64,000 nucleotides of DNA from an uncultured Candidatus Saccharibacteria bacterium (GCA_964647125.1 CAZYFP010000001.1:108072-172071), one strand, 5' to 3'; positions 47,102-57,858 are shown, numbered from the stretch's first letter. The notes: generated by a model from the letters alone, not told the origin. Made by a program: numbers and translations.

Positions 47102-47731
47102 ATGAAAGCATTAATCACACGAAAGGTCGGCATGACAAGCACCATCGCAGAAGACGGTGTTGTGACTGCTGTAACCTTGCTTTCCGCTAGTCCCTGCGTC
47201 GTAACGCAGGTCAAAACCAATGAAACCGATGGCTACACAGCTGTGCAGGTAGGTTTTGAAGAGGGAAAGACACAAAATACTAACAAAGCACAAACAGGCC
47301 ATTTCAAGGCTGCCGGTATGCTTCCGAAGATTATTCGCGAGTTCCGTGTTTCTGAAATCACCGAAGACCTCAAGGTTGGATCAACTATCAGCCCCGAGGT
47401 CTTTTCAGTTGGTGACGTTATTGACGCCACTGGCACTAGTAAAGGTAAGGGTTGGGCTGGCACAATTAAGCGCCACAACTTCCACCGTCAGCGCAAAACG
47501 CACGGTGGTAAGGGTAACACTCGAAAGCCAGGTTCAATTGGCTCGATGTACCCACAACACATTTTCAAGGGTAAAAAGATGGCCGGCCAGATGGGTCACG
47601 AGCAAGTTACGCTCAAAAACCTACGCGTGGCAATTGTTGACGTCGAAAACAGCATCATTGGTGTTGTTGGCGCGGTACCTGGTCCTAAGAAAGGTATCGT
47701 AATTATTAAGGAGGCGGTTAACCATGGCTAA
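47102..47731 (+). CDS. rplC: 50S ribosomal protein L3
   Basis: MKALITRKVGMTS... and ATGTSKGKGWAGTIKRHNF. Confidence 0.98.
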   Translation: MKALITRKVGMTSTIAEDGVVTAVTLLSASPCVVTQVKTNETDGYTAVQVGFEEGKTQNTNKAQTGHFKAAGMLPKIIREFRVSEITEDLKVGSTISPEVFSVGDVIDATGTSKGKGWAGTIKRHNFHRQRKTHGGKGNTRKPGSIGSMYPQHIFKGKKMAGQMGHEQVTLKNLRVAIVDVENSIIGVVGAVPGPKKGIVIIKEAVNHG

Positions 47732-48368
47732 TGCAGTAACTTACACCAAGTCTGGCACCAAGGCTACTACTGCCGCCAAACTAAGCAAAGATGTATTTGA
47801 AGTTGTTCCAACAACTCACGATCTGCTGAAGCAGGCCTACGTTGCCTACCTCAGCAATGGCCGTGAAAACCACGCCGTTACCAAGACTCGTGGTCTGGTA
47901 AGCGGTGGTGGTAAGAAGCCATGGAAGCAAAAAGGCACCGGCCGTGCACGTTTTGGTTCATCTCGTAACCCTATTTGGCGCGGTGGTGGCATTGCCTTTG
48001 GTCCTACTGGCCAAGAAAACTACACCAAGCAGCTAAACGTAAAGGCTAAGCGTCTGGCTATCCGTCAAGCCCTCAGCCTAGCAACGGCTAGCAAGAAAAT
48101 TGTTGTTATTGAAGAGCTAGTTAGCAAAGATGGCAAGACTGCCGAACTAGCAAAGACACTTGCAAAGATTGGTGCAACTCGCCGAACACTTATTGCCCTG
48201 GAGCACAAAACTCCCGAGCTGACACGTGCCGCAAGCAACTTGACCGACACTAAAGTAATACAGGCTACATACCTCAACGTCTACGACATCCTCAATGCCG
48301 ACACTATTGTTATGACAACTGCTGCCTTGGCCGTAGTAACTACCTGGCTTGAAGGAGGTACAAAGTAA
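47724..48368 (+). CDS. rplD: 50S ribosomal protein L4
   Basis: TKTRGLVSGGGKKPWKQKGTGRARFGS.RNPIWRGGG. Confidence 0.97.
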   Translation: MANAVTYTKSGTKATTAAKLSKDVFEVVPTTHDLLKQAYVAYLSNGRENHAVTKTRGLVSGGGKKPWKQKGTGRARFGSSRNPIWRGGGIAFGPTGQENYTKQLNVKAKRLAIRQALSLATASKKIVVIEELVSKDGKTAELAKTLAKIGATRRTLIALEHKTPELTRAASNLTDTKVIQATYLNVYDILNADTIVMTTAALAVVTTWLEGGTK

Positions 48369-48769
48369 TGAGTACGCAACTACCACTATTGCCACGACTG
48401 AGCGAAAAAGCTGTAGCAGATGCCGCTAAGGGAGTCTACGTGTTTGTAGTTCCTGGCGAGTCTAACAAGCACGCAGTTGCCCGCGCAGTCGAAGCACAGT
48501 TTGATGTCACAGTATCAGAGGTAAATATCTCTATCCTAAAGGGCAAGCCAAAGCGAACCGTCAGCAAGAAGGGTCGCCGCCAACTCAAAGGTCGTACGAC
48601 CGATATCAAGAAGGCGTTTGTGAAACTCGCACCTGGTCAAAAGCTCCCAATTTTTGATGCAATCGAAGAGGAAGAAGCTAAGCAAGCTGAAACTCAGGAA
48701 AAGTTGAGCAAGGCAGTCGAGAAGCAGGCTGAAAAAGCAGCCAAGAAGGCCACGAAGGAGAAGAAATAA
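48368..48769 (+). CDS. rplW: 50S ribosomal protein L23 with Lys/Glu-rich C-terminal tail
   Basis: Position in the S10 order and a VYVFVVPGESNKHAVARAVEAQFDVTV core. About 35 aa charged tail. Confidence 0.93.
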   Translation: MSTQLPLLPRLSEKAVADAAKGVYVFVVPGESNKHAVARAVEAQFDVTVSEVNISILKGKPKRTVSKKGRRQLKGRTTDIKKAFVKLAPGQKLPIFDAIEEEEAKQAETQEKLSKAVEKQAEKAAKKATKEKK

Positions 48770-49623
48770 TGGCGATTAAAACCTACAATCCAACTACTCC
48801 CGGCCGTCGCGGTATGAGCAGCCAGGACTTCGATGGTATCACTACTAAGAAGCCCCTAAAGTCACTAACCGTTGCGAAGCGCCGTGGAAATGGTCGCAAC
48901 AACCAGGGTCGTATCACGACTCGTCACAAGGGTGGTGGAGCTAAGAAGTTTTACCGAATTGTTAACTTCAAGTTGCCACTTGGTACTGAAGCAACTATTG
49001 AGCACATCGAATACGACCCAAACCGTAGTGCCCGTATTGCTCGTATTAAAGAAGCCAACGGCACGTACCACTACATTCTTGCAGCTAAAGGTATGCACGT
49101 TGGTCAACAGATCTCCGTTGGCGAAGAAGTTGCCATCGAAACCGGCAACCGCCTACCGCTCAAGGGCATCCCAGTTGGTAGTACTATCCACGCAATTGAA
49201 ATGATCCCTGGTAAGGGTGCTCAAATGGTCCGCAGCGCTGGTAACGGCGCACAGCTTATGGCCAAAGAAGGTGAGTACGCTCAGGTTCGCCTGCCAAGTG
49301 GTGAAGTTCGCAAAGTTCACCTAGAGTGCACCGCATCTCTCGGTAGCCTTGGTAACGAACAGCACCAAAACATCAAGCTTGGTAAGGCTGGACGTAGTCG
49401 TCACAAGGGTATTCGCCCATCTGTTCGTGGTGTTGTTATGAACGCGGCAGATCACCCACATGGTGGTGGTGATGGTGGACGTCACGGTATTGGTGGTGGT
49501 AAGAACCACGGTTCTGCTCCTAAGACGCCTTGGGGCCAGAAGACACTTGGCTTCAAGACTCGTCGTCGAAAGAGTACTAGTCAGTTTATCGTTAAGGGCC
49601 GTCACGCGGCGAAGAGGAAATAA
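48769..49623 (+). CDS. rplB: 50S ribosomal protein L2
   Basis: GRNN.GRIT.RHKGGG.K..YR, and a C-terminal [12 protein letters not shown]. Confidence 0.98.
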   Translation: MAIKTYNPTTPGRRGMSSQDFDGITTKKPLKSLTVAKRRGNGRNNQGRITTRHKGGGAKKFYRIVNFKLPLGTEATIEHIEYDPNRSARIARIKEANGTYHYILAAKGMHVGQQISVGEEVAIETGNRLPLKGIPVGSTIHAIEMIPGKGAQMVRSAGNGAQLMAKEGEYAQVRLPSGEVRKVHLECTASLGSLGNEQHQNIKLGKAGRSRHKGIRPSVRGVVMNAADHPHGGGDGGRHGIGGGKNHGSAPKTPWGQKTLGFKTRRRKSTSQFIVKGRHAAKRK

Positions 49624-49631
49624 GGTAGGAT

Positions 49632-49907
49632 ATGAGTCGTTCACTCAAAAAAGGTCCATTTGTTGACTTCAAGCTCGCCAAGAAGGTGAATGCGCTTGGA
49701 GCAGATGACCGCACTATTATCAAAACATGGGCTCGTGCTAGCACGATTACCCCTGAGTTTGTTGGTCGTACGATTGCCGTGCACAACGGTAAAGTCCATG
49801 TGCCAGTTTTTGTAACCGAAAACATGGTTGGTCACAAGCTTGGTGAATTTAGCCCAACCCGCAAATTCCGTAGCCACGGTGGCAAGCTCGCGAAAGGCGG
49901 CAAGTAA
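49632..49907 (+). CDS. rpsS: 30S ribosomal protein S19
   Basis: [12 protein letters not shown]... and [33 protein letters not shown]. Confidence 0.98.
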   Translation: MSRSLKKGPFVDFKLAKKVNALGADDRTIIKTWARASTITPEFVGRTIAVHNGKVHVPVFVTENMVGHKLGEFSPTRKFRSHGGKLAKGGK

Positions 49908-50302
49908 TGTCAGTCAAAGCAATCGCTAAAGGCGTTACTATGAGCCCACGTAAGGTGGGTGAAGTTGCTAGCCTGGTGCGTGGCCGATCAGTTGAAGACG
50001 CACTTGTTATCTTGCAGCACGTTCCACGCCGTAGTGCAGTACCGGTTCGCAAAGTCATCGAGAGTGCCAAGGCTAACGCCGATCACAATCACGGCTACAA
50101 GCCAGCAACGCTCAACATCGTTGAAATTACCGTAACGCCTGGCCCACGTCTGAAGCGATACCGCCCGGCAGCACATGGTCGTGCACTTCCATTCCAGCGC
50201 AAAACTTCACACATTAGCGTCACTGTTGATGGTGAAAAGCGAGAAGTTAAGAAACCAGCAGCTGCTAAGAAGCCAGCCGCTACTAAGAAGGAGGACAAGT
50301 AA
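49907..50302 (+). CDS. rplV: 50S ribosomal protein L22 with basic C-terminal tail
   Basis: SPRKVGEVASLVRGRSVEDALVILQ...P.LKRYRPAAHGRA. Confidence 0.96.
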   Translation: MSVKAIAKGVTMSPRKVGEVASLVRGRSVEDALVILQHVPRRSAVPVRKVIESAKANADHNHGYKPATLNIVEITVTPGPRLKRYRPAAHGRALPFQRKTSHISVTVDGEKREVKKPAAAKKPAATKKEDK

Positions 50303-50931
50303 TGGGTCAAAAAGTAAACCCAATCAGCTACCGCCTTCAGGTCAATAAGGACTGGCGAAGCAAGTGGTTTGTAGACAAGCGCGAGTACGCTACGTACCTA
50401 AAGAACGACCTACAAGTGCGAAAGCTTATTCAAAACAAGGTTGGCAGCCGTGGTGCTATCAACAAAATTGAAATCGCTCGTACTGCAAACCTAGTGACGG
50501 TTACTATCAGTACTGCCAAGGCTGGTGTTGTGATTGGTCGTGGCGGAGCAGGCGTGCAAGAGCTAAAGGATGCTATCGACAAGATCTATGGCATTCCATC
50601 ACGCGTGAACATCGAAGAAATTAAGAAGCCTGAATTATACGCAAAGCTGGTTGCTGAAAACATTGCCTTCCAGCTCGAGCGTCGTATGAGCTTCCGCCGT
50701 GCTATCAAGTCGTCGGCTGCTAACACCATGCGTTCTGGTGCTAAAGGTATTCGTATCGAGGTTGCTGGGCGTTTGAACGGTGCAGAAATGAGCCGCCGCG
50801 AAAAAGAAGTGCAAGGTTCCGTACCGCTGCACACGATTCGTGCTGACATTGATTACGCTGGCGTTACTGCTAAGACAGCTGCCGGTATCATTGGCGTCAA
50901 GGTTTGGATTTACAAGGGAGAGGTAGCTTAA
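50302..50931 (+). CDS. rpsC: 30S ribosomal protein S3
   Basis: [12 protein letters not shown]....W.S.WF, KH domain, [11 protein letters not shown]. Confidence 0.98.
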   Translation: MGQKVNPISYRLQVNKDWRSKWFVDKREYATYLKNDLQVRKLIQNKVGSRGAINKIEIARTANLVTVTISTAKAGVVIGRGGAGVQELKDAIDKIYGIPSRVNIEEIKKPELYAKLVAENIAFQLERRMSFRRAIKSSAANTMRSGAKGIRIEVAGRLNGAEMSRREKEVQGSVPLHTIRADIDYAGVTAKTAAGIIGVKVWIYKGEVA

Positions 50932-50932
50932 G

Positions 50933-51346
50933 ATGTTAATGCCAAAGCGAACTAAGTTCCGAAAGGTACGGAAAGGCAAGATCCGCGGCGTGGCAACTGC
51001 GGGCAACTACATTGCCTTCGGTGATTACGCGTTGCAGGCTCAGGGCCATGAACGTATCACTAGCCGACAAATCGAGGCAGCCCGTCAGGCGATGACTCGT
51101 TATATCAAGCGTGGTGGTAAGATTTGGATTCGAATCTTTCCGCACACACCAGTTACCCGCAAACCACAGGACGTAAAAATGGGTAGCGGTAAGGGTAACC
51201 CAGAATTCTTTGCAGCCAAGGTTCGTCCTGGCACGATTATGTTCGAAATGCAGGGAGTTCCAGAAGACATCGCTCGTGAGGCTATGCGCCTTGCAGCCCA
51301 CAAGCTACCAGTAAAGACCAAGTTTTTGACAAGGGAGGAGGCATAA
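50933..51346 (+). CDS. rplP: 50S ribosomal protein L16
   Basis: [15 protein letters not shown]...[29 protein letters not shown]. Confidence 0.98.
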   Translation: MLMPKRTKFRKVRKGKIRGVATAGNYIAFGDYALQAQGHERITSRQIEAARQAMTRYIKRGGKIWIRIFPHTPVTRKPQDVKMGSGKGNPEFFAAKVRPGTIMFEMQGVPEDIAREAMRLAAHKLPVKTKFLTREEA

Positions 51347-51350
51347 CATC

Positions 51351-51551
51351 ATGACCGTTGCTGAAATCCGCAAACTAACAACAGCAGAACTCGCAAAAGA
51401 GACTACTGCACTGCGTACCGAAATTGCCGAGCTAAAGCGCCGATTGCACATGGGTGAGATCCAGAATGTTCGGATCATCCGTGGCAAGCGCAAAGAGCTG
51501 GCACGCATGCTAACAGTGCTCAGTGAGCAATTAATGAAGGAGGCCAAGTAA
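51351..51551 (+). CDS. rpmC: 50S ribosomal protein L29
   Basis: 66 aa; EIRKLTTAELAKETTALRTEIAELKRRL; position. Confidence 0.95.
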   Translation: MTVAEIRKLTTAELAKETTALRTEIAELKRRLHMGEIQNVRIIRGKRKELARMLTVLSEQLMKEAK

Positions 51552-51823
51552 TGGCGAAGACAATCATCGGTACAGTGTCGTCGAACAAGACTGACAAGAC
51601 TATCGTCGTTACGGTCGCTACTCGTAAGACTCACCCACTGTATCGCAAACAATACACCGAAAGCACCAAATTTATGGCTCACGACGAAAAGAACGAAGCC
51701 GAAGTTGGTGACAAGGTTGAAATTATCGAAACTCGTCCTATTAGCGCACGCAAGCATTTCGCGCTTACTCGTATTATCGAGAAGCCAAAGCTGCGCGAGT
51801 CTGACACCAAGGAGGTCTTGTAA
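51551..51823 (+). CDS. rpsQ: 30S ribosomal protein S17
   Basis: [16 protein letters not shown]....HPLY.K......KF.AHDE.NEA..GD.V.I.E.RP.S. Confidence 0.97.
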   Translation: MAKTIIGTVSSNKTDKTIVVTVATRKTHPLYRKQYTESTKFMAHDEKNEAEVGDKVEIIETRPISARKHFALTRIIEKPKLRESDTKEVL

Positions 51824-52191
51824 TGATTCAACAAGAATCCCGCTTGGGTGTCTGTGATAACAGTGGCGCAAAGGAAATCCTTTGTATCCGCGTACTCGGT
51901 GGCACTCGTCGTCGTTACGCTCGTGTTGGTGACGTTATTGTTGCAACCGTTAAGGAAGCAATGCCAAACGGCACCGTCAAGAAGAAGACCGTTGTCCGTG
52001 CTGTAGTAGTACGCACCCGTGACCAAATTCGCCGCAAAGATGGCAGCACCATCAAGTTTGATGACAACGCAGCCGTCATTATCGGTGAAGATAAACTACC
52101 GAAGGCAACTCGTATCTTTGGCCCAGTCCCACGCGAACTTCGCGACCAGGGCTATGCCAAGATCATTAGCCTTGCACCGGAGGTACTATAA
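51823..52191 (+). CDS. rplN: 50S ribosomal protein L14
   Basis: [27 protein letters not shown]. Confidence 0.98.
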   Translation: MIQQESRLGVCDNSGAKEILCIRVLGGTRRRYARVGDVIVATVKEAMPNGTVKKKTVVRAVVVRTRDQIRRKDGSTIKFDDNAAVIIGEDKLPKATRIFGPVPRELRDQGYAKIISLAPEVL

Positions 52192-52193
52192 CT

Positions 52194-52538
52194 ATGCGTA
52201 AAGAAGTAGAAAAGAAGATCTTTAAGATTCGTCTCAAGAAGGGTGATACCGTCATCGTTCGAGCTGGTAAGTACAAAGGCCAGACCGGTAAAGTTGTTGC
52301 GACTCACCCGAGCGAAAACAAAGTTACCGTTGAGGGTGTTAACATTGTGAAAAAGGCTGTGAAGCCAAACAAGGCCTACCCACAAGGTGCGATCGTACCT
52401 ATCACTAAGCCAATTTGGGTTAGTAAGGTCAGTATCGTAGAGCCAACAAGCAAGAAGGCTTCACGTATTGGCTACCAAATCGACAAAGATGGCAATAAAA
52501 CTCGTGTATTTAAGAAGAGTGGAAAGGAGATCAAGTAA
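52194..52538 (+). CDS. rplX: 50S ribosomal protein L24
   Basis: KOW motif KKGDTVIVRAGKYKGQTGKV; position. Confidence 0.95.
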   Translation: MRKEVEKKIFKIRLKKGDTVIVRAGKYKGQTGKVVATHPSENKVTVEGVNIVKKAVKPNKAYPQGAIVPITKPIWVSKVSIVEPTSKKASRIGYQIDKDGNKTRVFKKSGKEIK

Positions 52539-53155
52539 TGGCAACTGAAGCAAAAGCAACCAAACTGGCAACCAAGACCGCAAAAGCCAAAACAACGGCT
52601 CCATATCACGCTCGCTTGCGCACTGACTACAACACCAAGATTGTGGCAGAGCTACAAAAAGAACTTGGTCTTACTAACGTTCATCAGGTGCCTCGGGTAG
52701 AAAAGCTCGTTATCAACGTTGGACTTGGCCGCGCCAAGGACGACAAGAAGATGATTGAGACTGCTCGAAACACGCTGACAAAGATCACCGGCCAAAAGCC
52801 TGTTGAAACCTACGCCAAGAAATCTATTGCCGGCTTCAAGCTTCGTGAAGGCAATATGATTGGTCTCAAGGTCACACTACGTGGTGACAATATGTATGAG
52901 TTTATGGACCGCGTGATTAACATCGTACTACCACGACTACGTGACTTCCACGGTGTGAGCAACAAGGCTTTTGATAAGCAAGGTAACTTCAGTCTTGGGT
53001 TTACCGACCAGTCAACCTTCCCCGAACTGACTTTTGAAGAAACCACTACCACTCACGGTCTACAAATTGTATTTGTAATTAGCAGTAAAGAACAAGCGCA
53101 CGCCAAAGCACTACTTGAGAAGTTTGGCATGCCCTTCCAGAAGGAGGCCAAGTAA
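52538..53155 (+). CDS. rplE: 50S ribosomal protein L5 with Ala/Lys/Thr-rich N-terminal extension
   Basis: [14 protein letters not shown]...[16 protein letters not shown] and [20 protein letters not shown]. Confidence 0.97.
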   Translation: MATEAKATKLATKTAKAKTTAPYHARLRTDYNTKIVAELQKELGLTNVHQVPRVEKLVINVGLGRAKDDKKMIETARNTLTKITGQKPVETYAKKSIAGFKLREGNMIGLKVTLRGDNMYEFMDRVINIVLPRLRDFHGVSNKAFDKQGNFSLGFTDQSTFPELTFEETTTTHGLQIVFVISSKEQAHAKALLEKFGMPFQKEAK

Positions 53156-53424
53156 TGGCTAGGAAATCAAACATCGCACGCGATCTAAAGCGTCAAAAAA
53201 TGATCACCAAGTACGCTGCAAAGCGCGCTGAGCTTAAAGAGCTTGGCGACCAAGAAGGTTTGGCTAAGTTGCCACGCAACTCCAGCCCAACTCGTTGGAA
53301 GAACCGCTGTATCGAAACTGGCCGTCCACACGCCTACATGCGTCGTTTTGGCCTAAGTCGTCTCAGTTTCCGTGAGCATGCAAGCAAGGGTGAGATCCCT
53401 GGTGTAACGAAAGCGAGCTGGTAA
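53155..53424 (+). CDS. rpsN: 30S ribosomal protein S14 (89 aa, non-zinc type)
   Basis: [41 protein letters not shown]. No CxxC pairs. Confidence 0.96.
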   Translation: MARKSNIARDLKRQKMITKYAAKRAELKELGDQEGLAKLPRNSSPTRWKNRCIETGRPHAYMRRFGLSRLSFREHASKGEIPGVTKASW

Positions 53425-53825
53425 TGAGTATGACTTCTACCGATCCAATCGCTGATATGCTTACCCGTATCCGCAACGCCATCAACGTGCGAAAGCACGA
53501 AGTACGCATGCCGCACAGCAAGGTAAAACAGTCTGTTGCTGAGCTGCTCAAGGCTAGTAACTTCGTCGACGGCGTCAAAGTCGAAGGTGAAGGTATCGCC
53601 AAAGAGCTCGTCGTGACTATTAACGGTGAGTCCAGCAACGCCCGCATTACCGAAATCAATCGCATCAGCAAGCCTGGTCGTCGTTACTACGTTCGTAGTC
53701 AAGACATCCCAGTTGTGAAGCGCGGCCGTGGTGTGGTGATTGTGTCTACCAGCAAAGGTATGATGACCGGTGATGATGCCAAAAAGCACAACATCGGTGG
53801 CGAATTAATTTGTAAAGTTTACTAG
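53424..53825 (+). CDS. rpsH: 30S ribosomal protein S8
   Basis: TDPIADMLTRIRNA and VIVSTSKGMMT...A....IGGELIC.V. Confidence 0.98.
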   Translation: MSMTSTDPIADMLTRIRNAINVRKHEVRMPHSKVKQSVAELLKASNFVDGVKVEGEGIAKELVVTINGESSNARITEINRISKPGRRYYVRSQDIPVVKRGRGVVIVSTSKGMMTGDDAKKHNIGGELICKVY

Positions 53826-53845
53826 AGGAATAATAAGGAAATACT

Positions 53846-54385
53846 ATGAGTCGAGTAGGAAAACAGCCCATCGCAGTACCGAGCGGCGTGACAATCACTA
53901 TCGACCCAGACAACATCACTGTTGCTGGCTCGAAGGGTACGCTTACGCAGTTCACTATGCCAGGCGTCACCGTTACACAAACTGACAGCACTATTACTGT
54001 CACTCGTGAGAACGATGAGCCAAAAAATCGTGCTAAGCACGGTCTCATGCGAACGCTTGTTAACAACATGGTTGTTGGCGTGAGTGAAGGCTTCAGCAAG
54101 CAACTAGAAATCAACGGTGTTGGTTTCCGCGTAGCACTAGCTGGTCAAGAATTAAAGATGAACCTTGGTTTTAGCCACGAAGTAATCTACAAACTGCCAG
54201 CAGGCATTCAAGCTACCGTTGAGCAAAACAAGATTACAATTGCAGGTATCGATAAACAACAAGTTGGTCAAGTTGCTGCCGAAATCCGCGCACTGAAGAA
54301 GCCTGAACCGTACAAGGGTAAGGGCATCAAGTACGTCGACGAACGCATCATCCGCAAGAGCGGTAAATCAGGGAAGGACAAATAG
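53846..54385 (+). CDS. rplF: 50S ribosomal protein L6
   Basis: MSRVGKQPI.VPSGV and PEPYKGKGIKY..E.I.RK.GK. Confidence 0.98.
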   Translation: MSRVGKQPIAVPSGVTITIDPDNITVAGSKGTLTQFTMPGVTVTQTDSTITVTRENDEPKNRAKHGLMRTLVNNMVVGVSEGFSKQLEINGVGFRVALAGQELKMNLGFSHEVIYKLPAGIQATVEQNKITIAGIDKQQVGQVAAEIRALKKPEPYKGKGIKYVDERIIRKSGKSGKDK

Positions 54386-54393
54386 GAAGTAGT

Positions 54394-54750
54394 ATGACTA
54401 ATCTAACCGACAAATTACGAAACCGTCGTCTTCGCAAAAACCGCATTCGTGCGATTGTGAGCGGTACGGCACAACGTCCTCGCCTAAGCGTGCACGTTAG
54501 CAACAAGAACATCAGCGCTCAGTTGATTGACGACGAAGCTGGCAAGACCATTGCCTATGTAACTACCGTTGGCCAGAAAGCCGCAACCGGTACAATGACC
54601 GATCGAGCAACCTGGATTGGCACCGAAATTGCCAAGCAGGCCAAGACCAAGAAAATTAGCCAAGTAGTGTTTGATCGCAGCGGCAAGCTGTATCATGGCC
54701 GAGTAAAAGCTCTGGCTGACGCTGCTCGTAACGCAGGATTGGAGTTCTAG
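54394..54750 (+). CDS. rplR: 50S ribosomal protein L18
   Basis: RPRLSVHVSNKNISAQLIDD and FDRSGKLYHGRVKALADAARNAGLEF. Confidence 0.97.
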   Translation: MTNLTDKLRNRRLRKNRIRAIVSGTAQRPRLSVHVSNKNISAQLIDDEAGKTIAYVTTVGQKAATGTMTDRATWIGTEIAKQAKTKKISQVVFDRSGKLYHGRVKALADAARNAGLEF

Positions 54751-55362
54751 ATGGCTGCACCACAAGCACAGGCTGCCGGCGGCCGACGTCCTCGTCGACC
54801 AGAAATGGCACCAGAAGAAAAGCAATTTGATGAGCGCACTTTGCACATTGACCGCGTGGCTCGCGTTGTAAAGGGCGGACGTCGTTTCCGTTTCCGCGCA
54901 CTCGTTGTAGTGGGTGACCGCAAGCACAAGGTCGGTATTGGTATGGCTAAGGGTGCGGATGTAACCGCAGCTGTTACCAAGGCAACCGAAGTAGCCAAGA
55001 AGCACATGATCACTGTGCACCTGTACAAAGGCACACTCCCACACGAAATCGAAGAAAAGATCGGTGGCGCCCGAATTTTGCTAAAGCCAGCTAGTCCTGG
55101 TACTGGTTTGATCGCTGGCGGTATTATTCGTACCATTTTGGAAGTTGCCGGAGTGAGCGATGTACTCAGTAAGTCACTGGGTTCAAGTAACAAGGCTAAC
55201 ACTGCTTATGCAACCATTGCAGCCCTAGACGGTCTTGTGCCATCTAAGAGCTGGATTACCCGCAAAGCAGCACCAAAGGCCGCTCCAAAAGAAGAGGCTA
55301 AGGTAGAGGCTCCTAAGAAGCCAGCCGCTAAAAAGGCTCCAGCCAAGAGTGAGGCAAAATAA
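54751..55362 (+). CDS. rpsE: 30S ribosomal protein S5 with N- and C-terminal Ala/Pro/Lys-rich extensions
   Basis: IDRVARVVKGGRRFRFRALVVVGD and ASPGTGLIAGG..R..LE.AG. 203 aa. Confidence 0.97.
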   Translation: MAAPQAQAAGGRRPRRPEMAPEEKQFDERTLHIDRVARVVKGGRRFRFRALVVVGDRKHKVGIGMAKGADVTAAVTKATEVAKKHMITVHLYKGTLPHEIEEKIGGARILLKPASPGTGLIAGGIIRTILEVAGVSDVLSKSLGSSNKANTAYATIAALDGLVPSKSWITRKAAPKAAPKEEAKVEAPKKPAAKKAPAKSEAK

Positions 55363-55838
55363 TGAAGTACAACGAACTAAATATCGATAGCAAAAAAGCA
55401 CCAAAGCGTGTTGGTCGCGGTATCGCCGCAGGTCAAGGTAAAACAGCTGGTCGCGGTACCAAGGGACAAAAGTCTCGTACTGGTTCGAGCCGAAAGCCAG
55501 GATTTGAAGGTGGTCAAAACCCTCTTATGCAGCGTTTGCCAAAACTTCGTGGCTTCAAGAGCCACAAGACACCTGCCGAGAATGTCTACACCGGACAACT
55601 CGAACAGTTTGGTGGCAAAACAGTCGATACGACTGTACTTGCTGAGGCTGGCCTCATCACCAACCCATATGTTGCCGTAAAGCTGCTCAAAGACGGCGAA
55701 CTTACTAAAAAAGTTACCGTAAAAGTACAACTTGCTAGCAAGTCTGCCGTTGAGGTAGTCGAGCAAGCCGGTGGTAGTTTTGAAAAAACTGAGCAACTTG
55801 GTCGCCCGGTTACGCGCGCACCTAAAGCTGAAAAATAG
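55362..55838 (+). CDS. rplO: 50S ribosomal protein L15
   Basis: KRVGRGIAAGQGKTAGRGTKGQKSR.G....GFEGGQ.PL..RLPK.RGF. It starts at the last base of the rpsE stop, so there is no room for rpmD. Confidence 0.97.
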   Translation: MKYNELNIDSKKAPKRVGRGIAAGQGKTAGRGTKGQKSRTGSSRKPGFEGGQNPLMQRLPKLRGFKSHKTPAENVYTGQLEQFGGKTVDTTVLAEAGLITNPYVAVKLLKDGELTKKVTVKVQLASKSAVEVVEQAGGSFEKTEQLGRPVTRAPKAEK

Positions 55839-55858
55839 CTAACGCACAGCAAAATAGT

Positions 55859-55888
55859 AACCGCACGCTATAAACGCGTGCGGTTTTT
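55859..55888 (+). terminator. rho-independent terminator after rplO
   Basis: AACCGCACGC-N7-GCGTGCGGTT followed by TTT. Confidence 0.85.
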
Positions 55889-56022
55889 ATATGCTAGGTG
55901 CCAGCTTTAGTGTTGAACCGAGTGACTCTAGTGAGATACCCTGTTGAATGAACGCCAAATACTGTATACTATTTTTCAGATTGTGTTTATAAAATACCAA
56001 CGAAGATGAGGGTTTAATCTGG

Positions 56023-57510
56023 ATGAACTGGAAGATTATATGGAAATCGCTTAAAAAGCGAGATATGCAAAAGCGGCTCCTGGCCGTGTTTGGTATTTTG
56101 CTGGTGTACCGAGTCTTGGCCCACGTGCCGATTCCACTCAGTAATCCCGAGACACTAAAGCAAGTACTTAACAACTTATACAGCTCAGATTCTTCACAGT
56201 TTCTAAACTTCGTAAACGTGCTCTCAGGTGGTGCGCTCGCTAACTTCTCAATTATGTTAGCCGGGCTTGGACCGTTCATTAACGCCTCAATCATCATGCA
56301 GCTGCTTACCAAAGCTATTCCGGCGCTGGAAAACATGCGTAAAGACGGCGAATCTGGACAAAAGAAAATTAACCAGTACACCCGTATCATCGCTTTGCCG
56401 CTGGCAATCGTACAGTCCATAGGTGTTATTTTCCTCGTACGTCAAACTGCTCAATCGGTTGGTGGTATCGGTGACATTACTGCCAATACCTCACTCATGC
56501 AATGGGTCCTGATGGTTGCAGCCCTTACCGGTGCTTCTATGCTACTGATGTGGCTTGGTGAGCTGGTGACCGAACAGAGTGTTGGTAATGGTATTTCGCT
56601 GCTTATTACGGTAAGTATTGTTAGTAGTTTGCCGAGCACGGTTTCTCAAGTTGGGGCCTCGGTATTCGGGGGCGATAAGTCATGGATGCTCTTTGGACAC
56701 AAATTGCCAGTGGACGCCAAATCGCTGCTGTATGCACTCGGTATATTATTTGCCGTAGTGATCATTACCTGGCTGGTCGTCAAGCTTAATGAGGCGGCGC
56801 GTAACCTAACAGTCAACTATGCTAAGCGTGTACAAGGTAACCGTAGCTACGGCGGCGTTACGACAGTTTTGCCAGTAAAGCTCATTACGGCCGGCGTGAT
56901 TCCTATTATCTTCGCTGTCGCATTTCTGAGCGTTCCTAGCTTTGTTGGTCAGCTATTGGCTGGCTCGCACAGTGAAGGCATGCGCGCATTAGGCGCAAAC
57001 CTAACGCAATGGTTCCAGGCACCATCAGCCCAGACTTTCGCAGTTGGCGGCTTCGAGCCGTACATCTACCCGGTGACGTACTTCTTGCTGGTATTTGTGT
57101 TTACCTTCTTCTACACCAGTATTGCCTTTAACTCGAAAGAAATTGCCGAGAACCTTCACAAGCAAGGTGGTTTCATCGAAGGCGTACGTGGCGGTAACCA
57201 CACAGAAAAGTATCTGGCTCGCACCGTGAACCGTCTGACGCTGTTTGGGGCGCTTAGCCTTGGCGTGCTTGCTATCGTACCGATTATTGGCCAGGTGTTT
57301 ATTAATGCCAACATCGCCATCGGTGGTACCAGTGTACTTATCCTAGTGTCGGTAGCCCTGCAGACACTTCGCGCAGTCGAATCGCGTGCACTTATGATTA
57401 CCTACGATCAGTACTCAGAGCCAGACTTCTTCCATGATCCAACCGAAGGTGAGGCTGCGCTAGCTCAGCCGGGTCGTTTGCGCTTTATTCCTCGACGGCG
57501 CAAGAAATAG
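56023..57510 (+). CDS. secY: preprotein translocase subunit SecY
   Basis: 495 aa, 10 TM pattern; LLVYRVLAHVPIP, GLGPFINASIIMQLL, WLGELVTEQSVGNGISLLI. Confidence 0.96.
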   Translation: MNWKIIWKSLKKRDMQKRLLAVFGILLVYRVLAHVPIPLSNPETLKQVLNNLYSSDSSQFLNFVNVLSGGALANFSIMLAGLGPFINASIIMQLLTKAIPALENMRKDGESGQKKINQYTRIIALPLAIVQSIGVIFLVRQTAQSVGGIGDITANTSLMQWVLMVAALTGASMLLMWLGELVTEQSVGNGISLLITVSIVSSLPSTVSQVGASVFGGDKSWMLFGHKLPVDAKSLLYALGILFAVVIITWLVVKLNEAARNLTVNYAKRVQGNRSYGGVTTVLPVKLITAGVIPIIFAVAFLSVPSFVGQLLAGSHSEGMRALGANLTQWFQAPSAQTFAVGGFEPYIYPVTYFLLVFVFTFFYTSIAFNSKEIAENLHKQGGFIEGVRGGNHTEKYLARTVNRLTLFGALSLGVLAIVPIIGQVFINANIAIGGTSVLILVSVALQTLRAVESRALMITYDQYSEPDFFHDPTEGEAALAQPGRLRFIPRRRKK

Positions 57511-57538
57511 TTACCAGATACGAAATGTCAAAAAACAC

Positions 57539-57568
57539 TTTACAGGATGTGGTAAATACTGCTATAAT
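57539..57568 (+). promoter_or_regulatory. sigma70-like promoter for infA
   Basis: TTTACA, 18 nt spacer, TGcTATAAT (hexamer 57563-57568). Confidence 0.6.
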
Positions 57569-57585
57569 TGACCATTGTTATATTT

Positions 57586-57807
57586 ATGGCAGTTAACAAG
57601 GAAGTAATCGAGCTAACAGGCACAATAATTGAGACGCTCCCGGGCGCCCAATTTCGAGTCGAACTTGAAAACGGCCATAACATTGTAGCTCACGTTGCTG
57701 GCAAGATGCGGAAACATTTTATCCGTATTGTCCCCGGCGACAGCGTGACGGTTGAGTTGACTCCTTACGATCTCAGTAAGGGTAGAATCACCTATCGCAA
57801 ATCGTAA
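57586..57807 (+). CDS. infA: translation initiation factor IF-1
   Basis: [66 protein letters not shown]. The ORF-track TTG 57568 lies inside the -10 box, so ATG 57586 is preferred. Confidence 0.95.
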   Translation: MAVNKEVIELTGTIIETLPGAQFRVELENGHNIVAHVAGKMRKHFIRIVPGDSVTVELTPYDLSKGRITYRKS

Positions 57808-57858
57808 TTATCAATATAAGCAGTGTGTTATGCACTCTGAGAGGAGCATGATCCGTAC

